Source of the DNA: Eledone cirrhosa
Taxonomy: Eukaryota
Direction: 5' to 3'
DNA length: 64,000 nt
Assembly: GCA_964016885.1 (NCBI GenBank)
Contig: OZ024743.1
Coordinates: forward strand, 63,984,001-64,048,000
In this document: positions 53,501 through 64,000 of the stretch, in pieces
How the letters are laid out: each line of letters begins with the position of its first letter
How positions within the stretch are numbered: position 1 is the stretch's first letter
Translations under genes and position numbers: made by a program
Notes under the pieces: generated by a model
The model's input: the letters and a program-made list of their open reading frames with translations, nothing else
Told to the model about the DNA's origin: nothing
Databases searched by the model: none

Positions 53501-56500
53501 CTCTATACCACTGTTGTCCGCTAAAGGGTTCTCTATACCACTATTGGCCGCTAAAGGGTTCTCTATACCACTGTTGTCCGCTAAAGGGTTCTCTATACCA
53601 CAGTTGTCCGCTAAAGGGTTCTCTATACCACTGTTGTCCTCTAAAGGGTTCTCTATACCACTATTGGCCGCTAAAGCGTTCTCTATACCACTATTGGCCG
53701 CTAAAGCGTTCTGTATACCACTATTGGCCGCTAAAGGGTTCTCTATACCACTGTTGTCCGCTAAAGGCTTCTCTATACCACTATTGGCCGCTAAAGGGTT
53801 CTCTATACCACTGTTGTCCGCTAAAGGGTTCTCTATACCACTATTGGCCGCTAAAGCGTTCTCTATACTACTATTGGCCGCTAAAGGGTTCTCTATACCA
53901 CTATTGGCCGCTAAAGGGTTCTCTATGCCACTATTGGCCGCTAAAATGTTCTCTATACCACTATTGGCCGCTAAAGGGTTCTCTATACCACTGTTCTCCG
54001 CTAAAAGGTTCTCTATACCACTATTGGCCGTTAAAGGGTTCTCTATACCACTATTGGACGCTAAAGGGTTCTCTATACCACTGTTGTCCGCTGAAGTGTT
54101 CTCTATACCACTATTGGCCGCTAAAGGGTTCTCTATACCACTGTTGTCCGCTAAAGGGTTCTCTATACCACTATTGGCCGCTAAAGGGTACTCTATACCA
54201 CTGTTGTCCGCTAAAGGGTTCTATATACCACTATTGGCCGCTAAAGGGTTCTCTATACCACTGTTGTCCGCTAAAGGGTTCTCTATACCACTATTGGGCG
54301 CTAAAGGGTTCTCTATACCACTGTTGTCCGATAAAGGGTTCTCTATACCACTGTTGACCGCTAAAGGGTTCTCTATACCACTATTGGCCGCTAAAGGGTT
54401 CTCTATACCACTGTTGTCCGCTAAAGGGTTCTCTATACCACTATTGGCCGCTAAAGGGTTCTCTATACCACTATTGGCCGCTAAAAGGTTCTCTATACCA
54501 ATGTTGTCCGCTAAAGGGTTCTCTATACCACTATTGGCCGCTAAAGGGTTCTCTATACCACTGTTGTCCGCTAAAGGGTTCTCTATACCACTGTTGTCCG
54601 CTAAAGGGTTCTCTATACCACTATTGGCCGCTAAAGGGTTCTCTATACCACTGTTGTCCGCTAAAAGGTTCTCTATACCACTGTTGTCCGCTAAAGGGTT
54701 CTCTATACCACTGTTGTCCGCTAAAAGGTTCTCTATTCCACTGTTGTCCGCTAAAGGTTTCTCTATACCACTGTCGTCCGCTAAAGGGTTCTCTATACCA
54801 CTATTGTCCGCTAAAGGGTTCTCTATACCACTGTTGTCCGCTAAAGGGTTCTCTATACCACTATTGTCCGCTAAAGGGTACTCTATACCACTGTTATCCG
54901 CTAAAGTGTTCTCTATACCACTGTTGTCCGCTAAAATGTTCTCTATACCACTGTTGTCCGCTAAAAGTTTCTCTATACCACTGTTGTCCGCTAAAGGGTT
55001 CTCTATAACACTGTTGTCCGCTAAAGGGTTCTCTATACCACTATTGGCCGCTAAAGGGTTCTCTATACCACTGTTGGCCGCTAAAGGTTTCTCTATACCA
55101 CAGTTGTCCGCTAAAGGGTTCTCTATACCACTGTTGTCCGCTAAAGGGTTCTCTATAACACTATTGGCCGCTAAAGGGTTCTCTATACCACTGTTGTCCG
55201 CTAAAGGGTTCTCTACACCACTGTTGGCCGCTAAAGGGTTCTCTATACCACTGTTGGCGCTAAAGGGTTCTCTATACCACTGTTGGCCGCTAAAGGGTTC
55301 TCTATACCACTGTTGTCCGCTAAAAGGTTCTCTATACCACTATTGGCCGCTAAAGGGTTCTCTATACCACTGTTGTCCGCTAAAGGGTTCTCTATACCAC
55401 TGTTGTCCGCTAAAGGGTTCTCTATACCACTGTTGGCCGCTAAAGGGTTCTCTATACCACTGTTGGCCGCTAAAGGGTTCTCTATACCACTGTTGTCCGC
55501 TAAAAGGTTCTCTATACCACTATTGGCCGCTAAAGGGTTCTCTATACCACTGTTGGCCGCTAAAGGGTTCTCTATGCCACTGTTGTCCGCTAAAGGGTTC
55601 TCTATGCCACTATTGGCCGCTAAAGGGTTCTCTATACCACTGTTGTCCGCTAAAAGGTTCTCTATAGCACTATTGGCCGCTAAAGGGTTCTCTATACCAC
55701 TATTGGCCGCTAAAGGGTTCTCTATACCACTATTGGCCGCTAAAGGGTTCTCTATACCACTGTTGTCCGCTAAAGGGTTCTCTATACCACTGTTGTCCGT
55801 TAAAGGGTTCTCTATACCACTATTGGCCGCTAAAGGGTTCTCTATACCACTGTTGTTCGCTAAAAGGTTCTCTATACCACTGTTGTCCGCTAAAGGGTTC
55901 TCTATACCACTATTGGCCGCTAAAGGGTTCTCTATAACACTCTTGGCCGCTAAAGGGTTCTCTATACCACTGTTGTCCGCTAAAGGGTTCTCTATACCAC
56001 TATTGGTCGCTAAAGGGTTCTCTATAACACTATTGGCCGCTAAAGGGTTCTCTATACCACTGTTGTCCGCTAAAGGGTTCTCTATACCACTGTTGTCCGC
56101 TAAAGGGTTCTCTATACCACTGTTGTCCGCTAAAGGGTTCTCTATACCACTATTGGCCGCTAAAGCGTTCTCTATAACACTATTGGCCGCTAAAGGGTTC
56201 TCTATACCACTGTTGTCCGCTAAAGGGTTCTCTATACCACTATTGGCCGCTAAAGGGTTCTCTATACCACTATTGGCCGCTAAAGGGTTCTCTATACAAC
56301 TGTTGTCCGCTAAAGGCTTCTCTATACCACTGTTGTCCGCTAAAGGGTTCTCTATACCATGTTGGCCGCTAAAGGGTTCTCTATACCATTATTGGCCGCT
56401 AAAGGGTTCTCTATACCACTGTTGGCCGCTAAAGGGTTCTCTATACCACTGTTGTCCGCTAAAGGGTTCTCTATACCACTGTTGGCCGCTAAAGGGTTCT

Positions 56501-58591
56501 CTATACCACTGTTGGCCGCTAAAGGGTTCTCTAGACCACTATTGGCCGCTAAAGGGTTCTCTATACCACTATTGGCCGCTAAAGGGTTCTCTATACCACT
56601 ATTGGCCGCTAAAGGGTTCTCTATACCACTGTTGTCCGCTAAAGGGTTCTCTATACCACTATTGGCCGCTAAAGGGTTCTCTATACCACTGTTGTCCGCT
56701 AAAGGGTTCTCTATACCACTATTGGCCGCTAAAGGGTTCTCTATACCACTATTGGCCGCTAAAGGGTTCTCTATACCACTATTGGCCGCCAAAGGGTTCT
56801 CTATACCACTGTTGTACGCTAAAGGGTTCTCTATACCACTGTTGTCCGCTAAATGGTTCTCTATACCACTGTTGTCCGCTAAAGGGTTCTCTATACCACT
56901 ATTGTCCGCTAAAGGGTTCTCTATACCACTGTTGTCCGCTAAAGGGTTCTCTATACCACTGTTGTCCGCTAAAGGGTTCTCTATACCACTATTGGCCGCT
57001 AAAGGGTTCTCTATACCACTGTTGTCCGCTAAAGGGTTCTCTATACCACTATTGTCCGCTAAAGGGTTCTCTATACCACTGTTGTCCGCTAAAGGGTTCT
57101 CTATACCACTGTTGTCCGCTAAAGGGTTCTCTATACCACTGTTGTCCGCTAAAGGGTTCTCTATACCACTATTGGCCGCCAAAGGGTTCTCTATACCACT
57201 GTTGTACGCTAAAGGGTTCTCTATACCACTGTTGTCCGCTAAAGGGTTCTCTATACCACTGTTGGCCGCTAAAGGGTTCTCTATACCACTATTGGCCGCT
57301 AAAGGGTTCTCTATACCACTATTGGCCGCTAAAGGGTTCTCTATACCACTATTGGCCGCTAAAGGGTTCTCTATAACACTATTGGCCGCTAAAGGGTTCT
57401 CTATACCACTGTTGTCCGCTAAAGGGTTCTCTATACCACTATTGGCCGCTAAAGGGTTCTCTATACCACTATTGGCCGCTAAAGGGTTCTCTATACCACT
57501 GTTGTCGGCTAAAGGGTTCTCTATACCACTGTTGTCCGCTAAAGGGTTCTCTATACCACTGTTGTCCGCTAAAGGGTTCTCTATACCACTATTGGCCGCT
57601 AAAGGGTTCTCTATACCACTATTGGCCGCTAAAGGGTTCTCTATACCACTGTTGTCCGCTAAAGGGTTCTCTATACCACTTTTGGCCGCTAAAGGGTTCT
57701 CTATACCACTGTTGGCCGCTAAAGGTTTCTCTATACCACTATTGGCCACTAAAGGGTTCTCTCTAAAAATGAAAGGCAGGCTGTATGATGTCCGCATATG
57801 AACAGCAATGTTACATGGCAGTGAGACCTGGGCATTGTGTGCAGAGGATATACGCAGACTGGAGAGGAACGAAGCTTGCGTGCTCCGTTGGATGTGTAAT
57901 AGTAATATACGTGAACTGCAAAGCATAAAGGAACTAAGGGAGAAATTAGGAATAAGAGGGATCAGATGTTGTTTACTCAAGAGAAGACTACGTTGGTACG
58001 GTCACGTGATGCGCATGAAAGACAACAGCTGTATAAAAAAGTGCAGGGCGATAAAAATAGACGGTAGCCACGAAGTAGGCAAACCCAGAAAAACCTGGGA
58101 CGACTTGATAAATTCCAACCTCACACACTTACACCTCTCCAAGACAATGTCACTGGACCGAGATCTTTGGCGCTACACAGTAATAGAGAAGACCCGCCTT
58201 ACCTAAGTAGAAAGTGAAACCTACTACAGTCTGTAGGCACCTCTAACAAAATACACCCCCGTCCCACTACCCCCACCTCCTTAAATGTGAAGTTATGTTG
58301 GTACCACAACATCCACTCCGAAACAAATGAGGTCGTGTAGGTGTCACGACAAAAAAACACACAGTCCACACTGTAATGTGGCCGTGTAGGTAATACGGTA
58401 AAAACCTCCCAGTCCACACTGTAAACGTGGTTGGTGTTAGGAAGGGCATCCAGCCGTAAAAAACCCGCCAGACAGTCCTATACAAGCAGGACAACAAATC
58501 TTGCCTCAAGTGGGAAAACTCCCGTCTAAACCCATGCAAGCGTGGAAGATGGATGTTAAACGATGATGATGATGATTATGATGATGATGAT
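23525..58591 (+). mobile_element. 5'-truncated RTE LINE (family B type) hosting the internal 30-bp satellite
   Basis: Left flank SESTVARVRAGWKKFREL (23526-23579); right flank LKMKGRLYD..MLHGSETW..RRLRWYGHV..EKTRLT* (57763-58206); 3' UTR and (GAT)n tail to 58591. Colinear with 15645-16531. Confidence 0.95.
23580..57762 (+). repeat. 34.2-kb tandem array of a 30-bp unit ATACCACT(G/A)TTG(T/G)CCGCTAAAGGGTTCTCT, ~1140 copies
   Basis: Uninterrupted head-to-tail repeats. I count 18 single-base deletions and 1 insertion (net -17), giving (34183+17)/30 = 1140 units. Confidence 0.99.
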
Positions 58592-58626
58592 GTGAGTGTG
58601 TGTATAGAATGTGTATGTATGTATGT

Positions 58627-60343
58627 ATCATCATCATCATCATCATCATCATCATCGTTTAACGTCCATCTTCCACGCTAGCATGGGTTAGACGGTTTTG
58701 TTCCATTTGATGCGGGAATGGTCTGGAGACCATCTCTCGCTCGCACGGAAGCGTCAGTGGCAGGTTTTTTACAGCTGGATGCCCTTCCTAACACCAACCA
58801 CATTTACAGTGTGGACTGGGAGCCTTTTCATTTGAACGACCACCTTACAGAGTGGACTGTTGTGTCATCGACACAGTGGACGGAACGGGAGAGGGAGGGT
58901 GGGGTTGGGTGTGCCGGTGAGGTGTACATTGAGTTAAGAGGTGCCTACTTACTGTAGGTTTGTATGCAATGGTAGTCGGGTCTTCTGTACAACTGTATGG
59001 CGCCAAAGGTCTTAATCCGGTGTCATTGTCTTAGAGAGGTGTAGGTGAGCAAGTTTTTATCACCTCGTCCTAGGTTTTTCTTGGTCTACCCACTCCGCAG
59101 CTTCCGTCAATTTTCATTGCCCTGCACTTTTTTATACAGGTGCATATAGCTGTTGTCCTTCATATGCATCACATGTCCATACCAATGCAATCTTCTCTCC
59201 AGAACACAACATTTGATACCTCTTATGCTTAGTCTCCTTCTTAGTTCGTTTATGCTTCACCTTTCGCGCACATTACTATTACACATCCATCGGATCATGC
59301 AAGCTTCATTTCTTTCTAAGCTATGCGGGTCTTCAGCACCCAATGCCCAAGTCTCACTACCATGTAATATCACCGTTTGTATACATGCCTCATACAATCT
59401 GCCTTTCATTTTTAGAGAAAAACACCTTGTGGCCAACAGCGGTATTAGCTCTCTGAACTTTTTCCATCCCGTTCTAACTTTGGCCACTATACTTTCAGAG
59501 CACCCTCCTCCACTGCTGATTTTGTCACCCAGGTAATGGAAAGTGTCTACTATTTCTATAGCACCATCTGGGCAGTTGAAGGAGATATCATCCAGTTGGT
59601 CCTTGCTACTTACTGCACCTGAGCATCAGCCACATATAAAATCTGTACTCTTAGATCCCACTACATCTTTTATGTACCCATAGTTTGCATTTGGGACATT
59701 TGGAGTTTCTGCCTACCCCTTTCTTACACACTGAGCATGGCCATTTCCCAGAGGGTACCTGTGCCCTATTCTCCTTTCTACTTACTAGAACCTTAGTCTT
59801 AGACAAGTTAACTTTAAGACCTTTAAATTCTAGGCCATGCTTCCATGTTTGGAATCTCTAGTTCAGCCATAGATTCAGCTATGAGAGTTAGATCATCTGT
59901 ATATAGAGGTTGCCATGGACAGCCAGTCTTAAACTCTTCTGTTATAGCCTGTAAGGCAATAACAAATAGGAGGGGGCTAATGATGGAGCCTTGGTGAAAA
60001 CCTACTTTTACGCTAAATTCTTCACTATATTCATTGTTTTAATTCTAACTTTGCTGACTGTTCCTCTATACATGGCTCTCACAAGCCACTCATCTACTTC
60101 TAGTTTTCTAAGAGCCCACCAGATAATGGAGCAGGAGACTCTGTCAAAGGCTTTCCCTAAGTCAACAAAAGCTAAGTAGAGGGGTTTACTTTTAGCTAGG
60201 TACTTCTCCTGTCGTTACCGTACAAGGAAGAGAGCATCTGTGGTATCTTTACCTGGCACAAACTAAAACTGCATTTCATCTAGATGATTTCGGTCTCTAA
60301 TTAGTTGTGTAATAACTCTTTCATGACCTGGTTAACTAACTTA
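58627..60343 (-). mobile_element. 5'-truncated RTE LINE (family B), tail-to-tail with the satellite-bearing copy
   Basis: KVRTGWKKFRELIPLLATRCFSLKMKGRLY..HGSETW (59257-59487), RT motifs to ~60340, (CAT)n at 58627-58656. Confidence 0.93.
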
Positions 60344-60363
60344 TATTTTCACCAGCTCTGACA

Positions 60364-60445
60364 GTTGGCAGGTGAACAGTCAGCTGTACTGATGAAGGGT
60401 GATACCCAGAAACATTAGTGTCTGCAGTTCTGTTCACATGCCAAC
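60364..60445 (+). ncRNA. Type I hammerhead ribozyme with extended stem I, apparently intact
   Basis: GUUGGCA-G-GUGAACAG-UC-AGCUGUA-CUGAUGA-A-GGGU-GAU-ACCC-A-GAAA-CAUUAGUG-UC^UGCAGUU-CUGUUCAC-A-UGCCAAC. GUC triplet; stem I has 7+8+7 bp. Confidence 0.8.
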
Positions 60446-60560
60446 ACAAGAGCAAGAATGAAGGGTTCATTCTACTGACATGGCTATAAAAATGAGGCTT
60501 GTTGCATAATTGCAAACGAATCGAATATTATTGTTAATAGTCGAAAACTCAGATTACATT

Positions 60561-60600
<40 letters not shown>

Positions 60601-60680
60601 GGGGGGGGGTCAGAAGATCCCGTTAAGGGTGAAAGCAGCGATTCTTTGCTTAAACTTTAATCTGTTATTTTAATAAATAA

Positions 60681-60735
<55 letters not shown>

Positions 60736-60743
60736 TAGATATA

Positions 60744-61640
60744 CTAGCATTAAAGCCCGGCGTTGCTCGGGGTCATTAAGTTACCAAAGTTAGGTTGCAC
60801 CACCCATTTTATGGCAGCACTTTTTTGTCTGCCGGGCACTGGGGGAATGAATTGCAGACCTGGGAGCATGAGCTGCGCCAGCAGTGACAATTGTAATTTC
60901 GCCTATGGATATTATCTCTGTGCAAAAAAGTGTTGAAATTTATTGTTTCACAGTACTTGCGCAACACGCGCGTAGACGATGCCAGCCGAACAACAGAGCT
61001 GCGATGGAGTTGTTCTGCATGGTTGTCTGTGTGTTTTCTAAATTTAAGACAGTAGGGAGAGTTGTGATATGAGGGAGAGTTAGCTGTTGTTTCTAGCAGG
61101 TTTAGTGACCTCATAGAGGATATGTGTTTTCTAAATTTAAGACAGTAGGGAGTGATGTGATATGGGGGAGAGTTAGCTGCTGTTTCTAGCAGGTTTAGTG
61201 ACCTCATAGAAGATATGTTTTCTAAATTTAAGACAGTAGGGAGGGGTGTGATATGGGGGAGAGTTAGCTGCTGTTTCTAGCAGGTTTAGTAACCTCATAG
61301 AGGATATGTGTTTTCTAAATTTAAGACAGTAGGGAGTGGTGTGAACGGACAGTATCACCATCAAGCTTGGAAAGAGAAAGTAGCAGAAAGTATGAAGTTG
61401 TATAGATTTTGAATGGTAGTAGAAAGAGTTCAGCAGTTTAAATGAGAGAGGTAAATCGTAAAATATTGAGTTTTATCTATTTTTTGCGTAATTGTGGGTG
61501 AAATTGAAAAAATTATCTGCGTCAAGACGCAATCGAAACCATTTCGTATACTGGATTGTAAATTTCAATTGAAGAAATTCTATATCGTAGATTTCTATAA
61601 CGAAGGAGCATGACCACACACTGAGCTTTATAGATTATGA
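60744..61640 (-). mobile_element. Non-autonomous Helitron
   Basis: Minus strand starts A|TC.., has a subterminal hairpin CCCGAGCAACGCCGGG, and ends CTAG|T. Confidence 0.7.
61030..61343. repeat. ~93-bp tandem repeat, 3.4 copies, inside the Helitron
   Basis: Units start at 61030, 61123, 61214 and 61307 (TGTGTTTTCTAAATTTAAGACAGTAGGGAG...). Confidence 0.92.
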
Positions 61641-61696
61641 TATAAATATATATATTAAAATACAAATATTAATAAAATAGATGTTCTTTTGATCAA

Positions 61697-61757
61697 TTAC
61701 ATTTTATTATACATATTTCGGATGTACAACAGTACGTCCTCATCAGACAAAATATAA
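61697..61757 (-). ncRNA. Minimal type I hammerhead ribozyme, apparently intact
   Basis: UUAUAUUUUGU-CUGAUGA-GGACGUAC-UGUU-GUACAUCC-GAAA-UAUGUA-UA^AUAAAAUGUAA. 11-bp stem I and 7/8-bp stem II. Confidence 0.8.
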
Positions 61758-62134
61758 TGATACATGACATACCCTGAGATGTTAAATGGTTAAGATTTAC
61801 GTTTGTAGATAAAAGATCAAGGAAAATAGTGCTCGATCTGATGGAAGAGAGCTTAATTAGTATAAACAAAGTTTCATACACTTATCATGTATGTGCTACC
61901 ATTGGTTTCGGAGACCAATCATGGCCACCACTGTATAATGGAGGAGGCACTTTTAAAGTGGCCCTTCATTCAGGCATGTGGATGAAATAGAACAAAGAAA
62001 ATAAAATAAAAGTCAGAGACAGGTATATAATTAGTTCCTTTTTTTACGATCATTTCAGAGGGTTGATTGATTGTGGTAAATTGATATATCTACTAGTATA
62101 GATTTTGAGATTAGTACAATGCTAGTCGATGTAT

Positions 62135-62141
62135 ATGTATC

Positions 62142-62186
<45 letters not shown>

Positions 62187-62191
62187 CGCCG

Positions 62192-62270
<79 letters not shown>

Positions 62271-62298
62271 CTGTATATATATATATAGAGAGAGAGAT
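62135..62298. repeat. (CA)n/(TA)n/(GA)n compound microsatellite
   Basis: Visible dinucleotide runs. Confidence 0.95.
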
Positions 62299-62607
62299 TG
62301 GTGAAATATATTTTTTATTTGAAGAAATATATACAAAGGAGATTAATCATTTTAAAAAGTATCTATATTTGAAGTTCTAGTTAAACTTTAATTAGTTACC
62401 TACCTAGCTATGTGTGCTTACACACTTTACAAATTATTCCCTGAGATTGTTTCATGTGTTTATTTTATATATATATATGTGTGTCAATCTATTTCTAGTT
62501 GATATAAAATGCTCGGATCTGTTCATTGGAATCTTTGAGCTTATTCTGCAGTGAATATGGCGCATGTCTCTCAGACATGACAACCTTAATTTAATTTTAA
62601 ATTAATT

Positions 62608-63000
62608 GTATACCAACAGCAATGTTACATGGTAGTGAAATCTGGACGCTGTCTGTAGAAGACTTGGGCAGATTAGAAAGAAACGAAGCTTGCATGCTCC
62701 GATGGATGTGTAATATACGCGAACGGCAAAGCATAAACGAATTGAGAGAGAGACTGAGCATAAGAGGATTCAAATGCTGTGTGCAGGAGAGGAGGTTACG
62801 TTGGTATGGACATGTGATGCGTATGAAGGATGACAGCTGCATAAAAAGGTGCAGAGCACTAGAAGTCGGTGGAAGCTGCGGAGTGGGGAGACCCAAGAAG
62901 ACCTGGGATGAGGTGATAAAAGCCAATTGCACCTTTCAAGGGCAATGACACACAACCCTGACCTCTGGCGTCACGCAGTAATACAGAAGACCCGACTTCC
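62608..63000 (+). mobile_element. RTE LINE C-terminal fragment
   Basis: MLHGSEIW..LERNEACMLRWMC..RRLRWYGHVMRM..GRPKKTW (62622-62948). Confidence 0.9.
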
Positions 63001-63345
63001 CACAGGAACAAGCCGAAGCTGAAGCATATAGAAAATATAAACAAAATATTGGAGTTCGATTGACGCAAAATCAGGCGAGTAGCGAACTCTAGACCTACCA
63101 GATCGAAGAAACAATTGTCAGCAATGTGAATAAAGCCCTTATTGTATAACGAACCATGTCACTCTTTTTTCTTGAATTATTATTACTCCAAGTATAAACT
63201 ACATAGAAATCACCACGAACTCGCAGCATCACTATGGAAACGTCTTGTTGAGTCAAACTAAGCCACACGTTAGTACTATCCACTACACGGAGTACTCTAA
63301 CTGGACTACATCTAAGTGGACTCCCTATAAAGATAACCTGTTATC

Positions 63346-63394
<49 letters not shown>

Positions 63395-64000
63395 TAACAG
63401 ATTAAAGTTTAATCGCTGCTTTCACCCTTAACGGGATCTTCTGAAACTAAAAAAATCTATCTGTGAACGCAGAAGTAAATATTTCGAAAAACGTTGCAAC
63501 TGAAGGAAAACAGGACGACGATACTTTGGTTCGTGAAGACGTTCCCTGGCAATGAACGGAAAAAAGCGAAGATAATACGTCATTATGTGGATCGCTGAGA
63601 GCAATTACACGCAAAGACAGATTTATGGTATAAATGGAGTCATTAGACTAATATTCTATTTAGGAAACCGAACGATTCTCGGCTTCAAAGTTAAGAATAA
63701 TTGTTTCTACTTTAGGCACAAAGCCAGCAATACACAGTGCATTACTGGTACTTTATTTTATCGACCCCGTAGGGATTAAAGGCAAAGAAGAATAATGTAA
63801 ATAAATTAGTAGAACGAAAATGATAGAGGTTATTGAAATCAACAATAATTAAATACAGTATATACATACACAGATCCACGCATGTGTGTATACATATAAT
63901 TATATAAACGATTATAAATAAACACACATAAATACGCAAATAACGCACACACTCACATACCTACAGGTAAATACACATATGTTCACTAAACGTACGTCAA

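Noticed and set aside
23580-57762. CRISPR array (30-bp repeats)
   Set aside because: There are no unique spacers and no cas genes, and the context is eukaryotic.
23384-57980. Giant ORFs (IPLLSAKGFS, ENPLADNSGI and YHCCPLKGSL repeats, up to 2772 aa) as repetitive proteins
   Set aside because: A 30-bp unit without stops is open in several frames on both strands. Frames are broken by scattered 1-bp indels, most starts are non-ATG or created by deletions, and the unit derives from a truncated LINE.
60610-63480. Large TIR transposon bounded by the inverted copies at 60610-60680 and 63388-63480
   Set aside because: The arms have unequal extents, no TSD or transposase is visible, and the same repeat occurs independently at 21043-21253.

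Overview
AT-rich animal non-coding DNA made almost entirely of decayed transposable elements and microsatellites. No intact host gene is supported. The repeat repertoire suggests an octopus-like cephalopod, which is an inference: RTE LINEs with (GAT)n tails, tRNA-derived SINEs, mariners, Penelope, R4-type and CR1-type LINE remnants, and a Helitron. The dominant feature is a 34.2-kb satellite (23580-57762) of about 1140 copies of a 30-bp unit. The unit is a 10-codon piece (IPLLATKGFS) of an RTE LINE ORF, amplified in place: the LINE sequence enters on the left and resumes exactly on the right. The array has nested higher-order duplications and is more diverged in the middle than at the ends. 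The flanks contain about eight type I hammerhead ribozyme motifs of the Penelope-associated kind, two of them apparently intact. They also contain several fold-back repeats and two RTE copies that share the same inactivating lesions. All giant ORFs in the ORF track are by-products of repeats. Coordinates, periods and foldings were read by eye.
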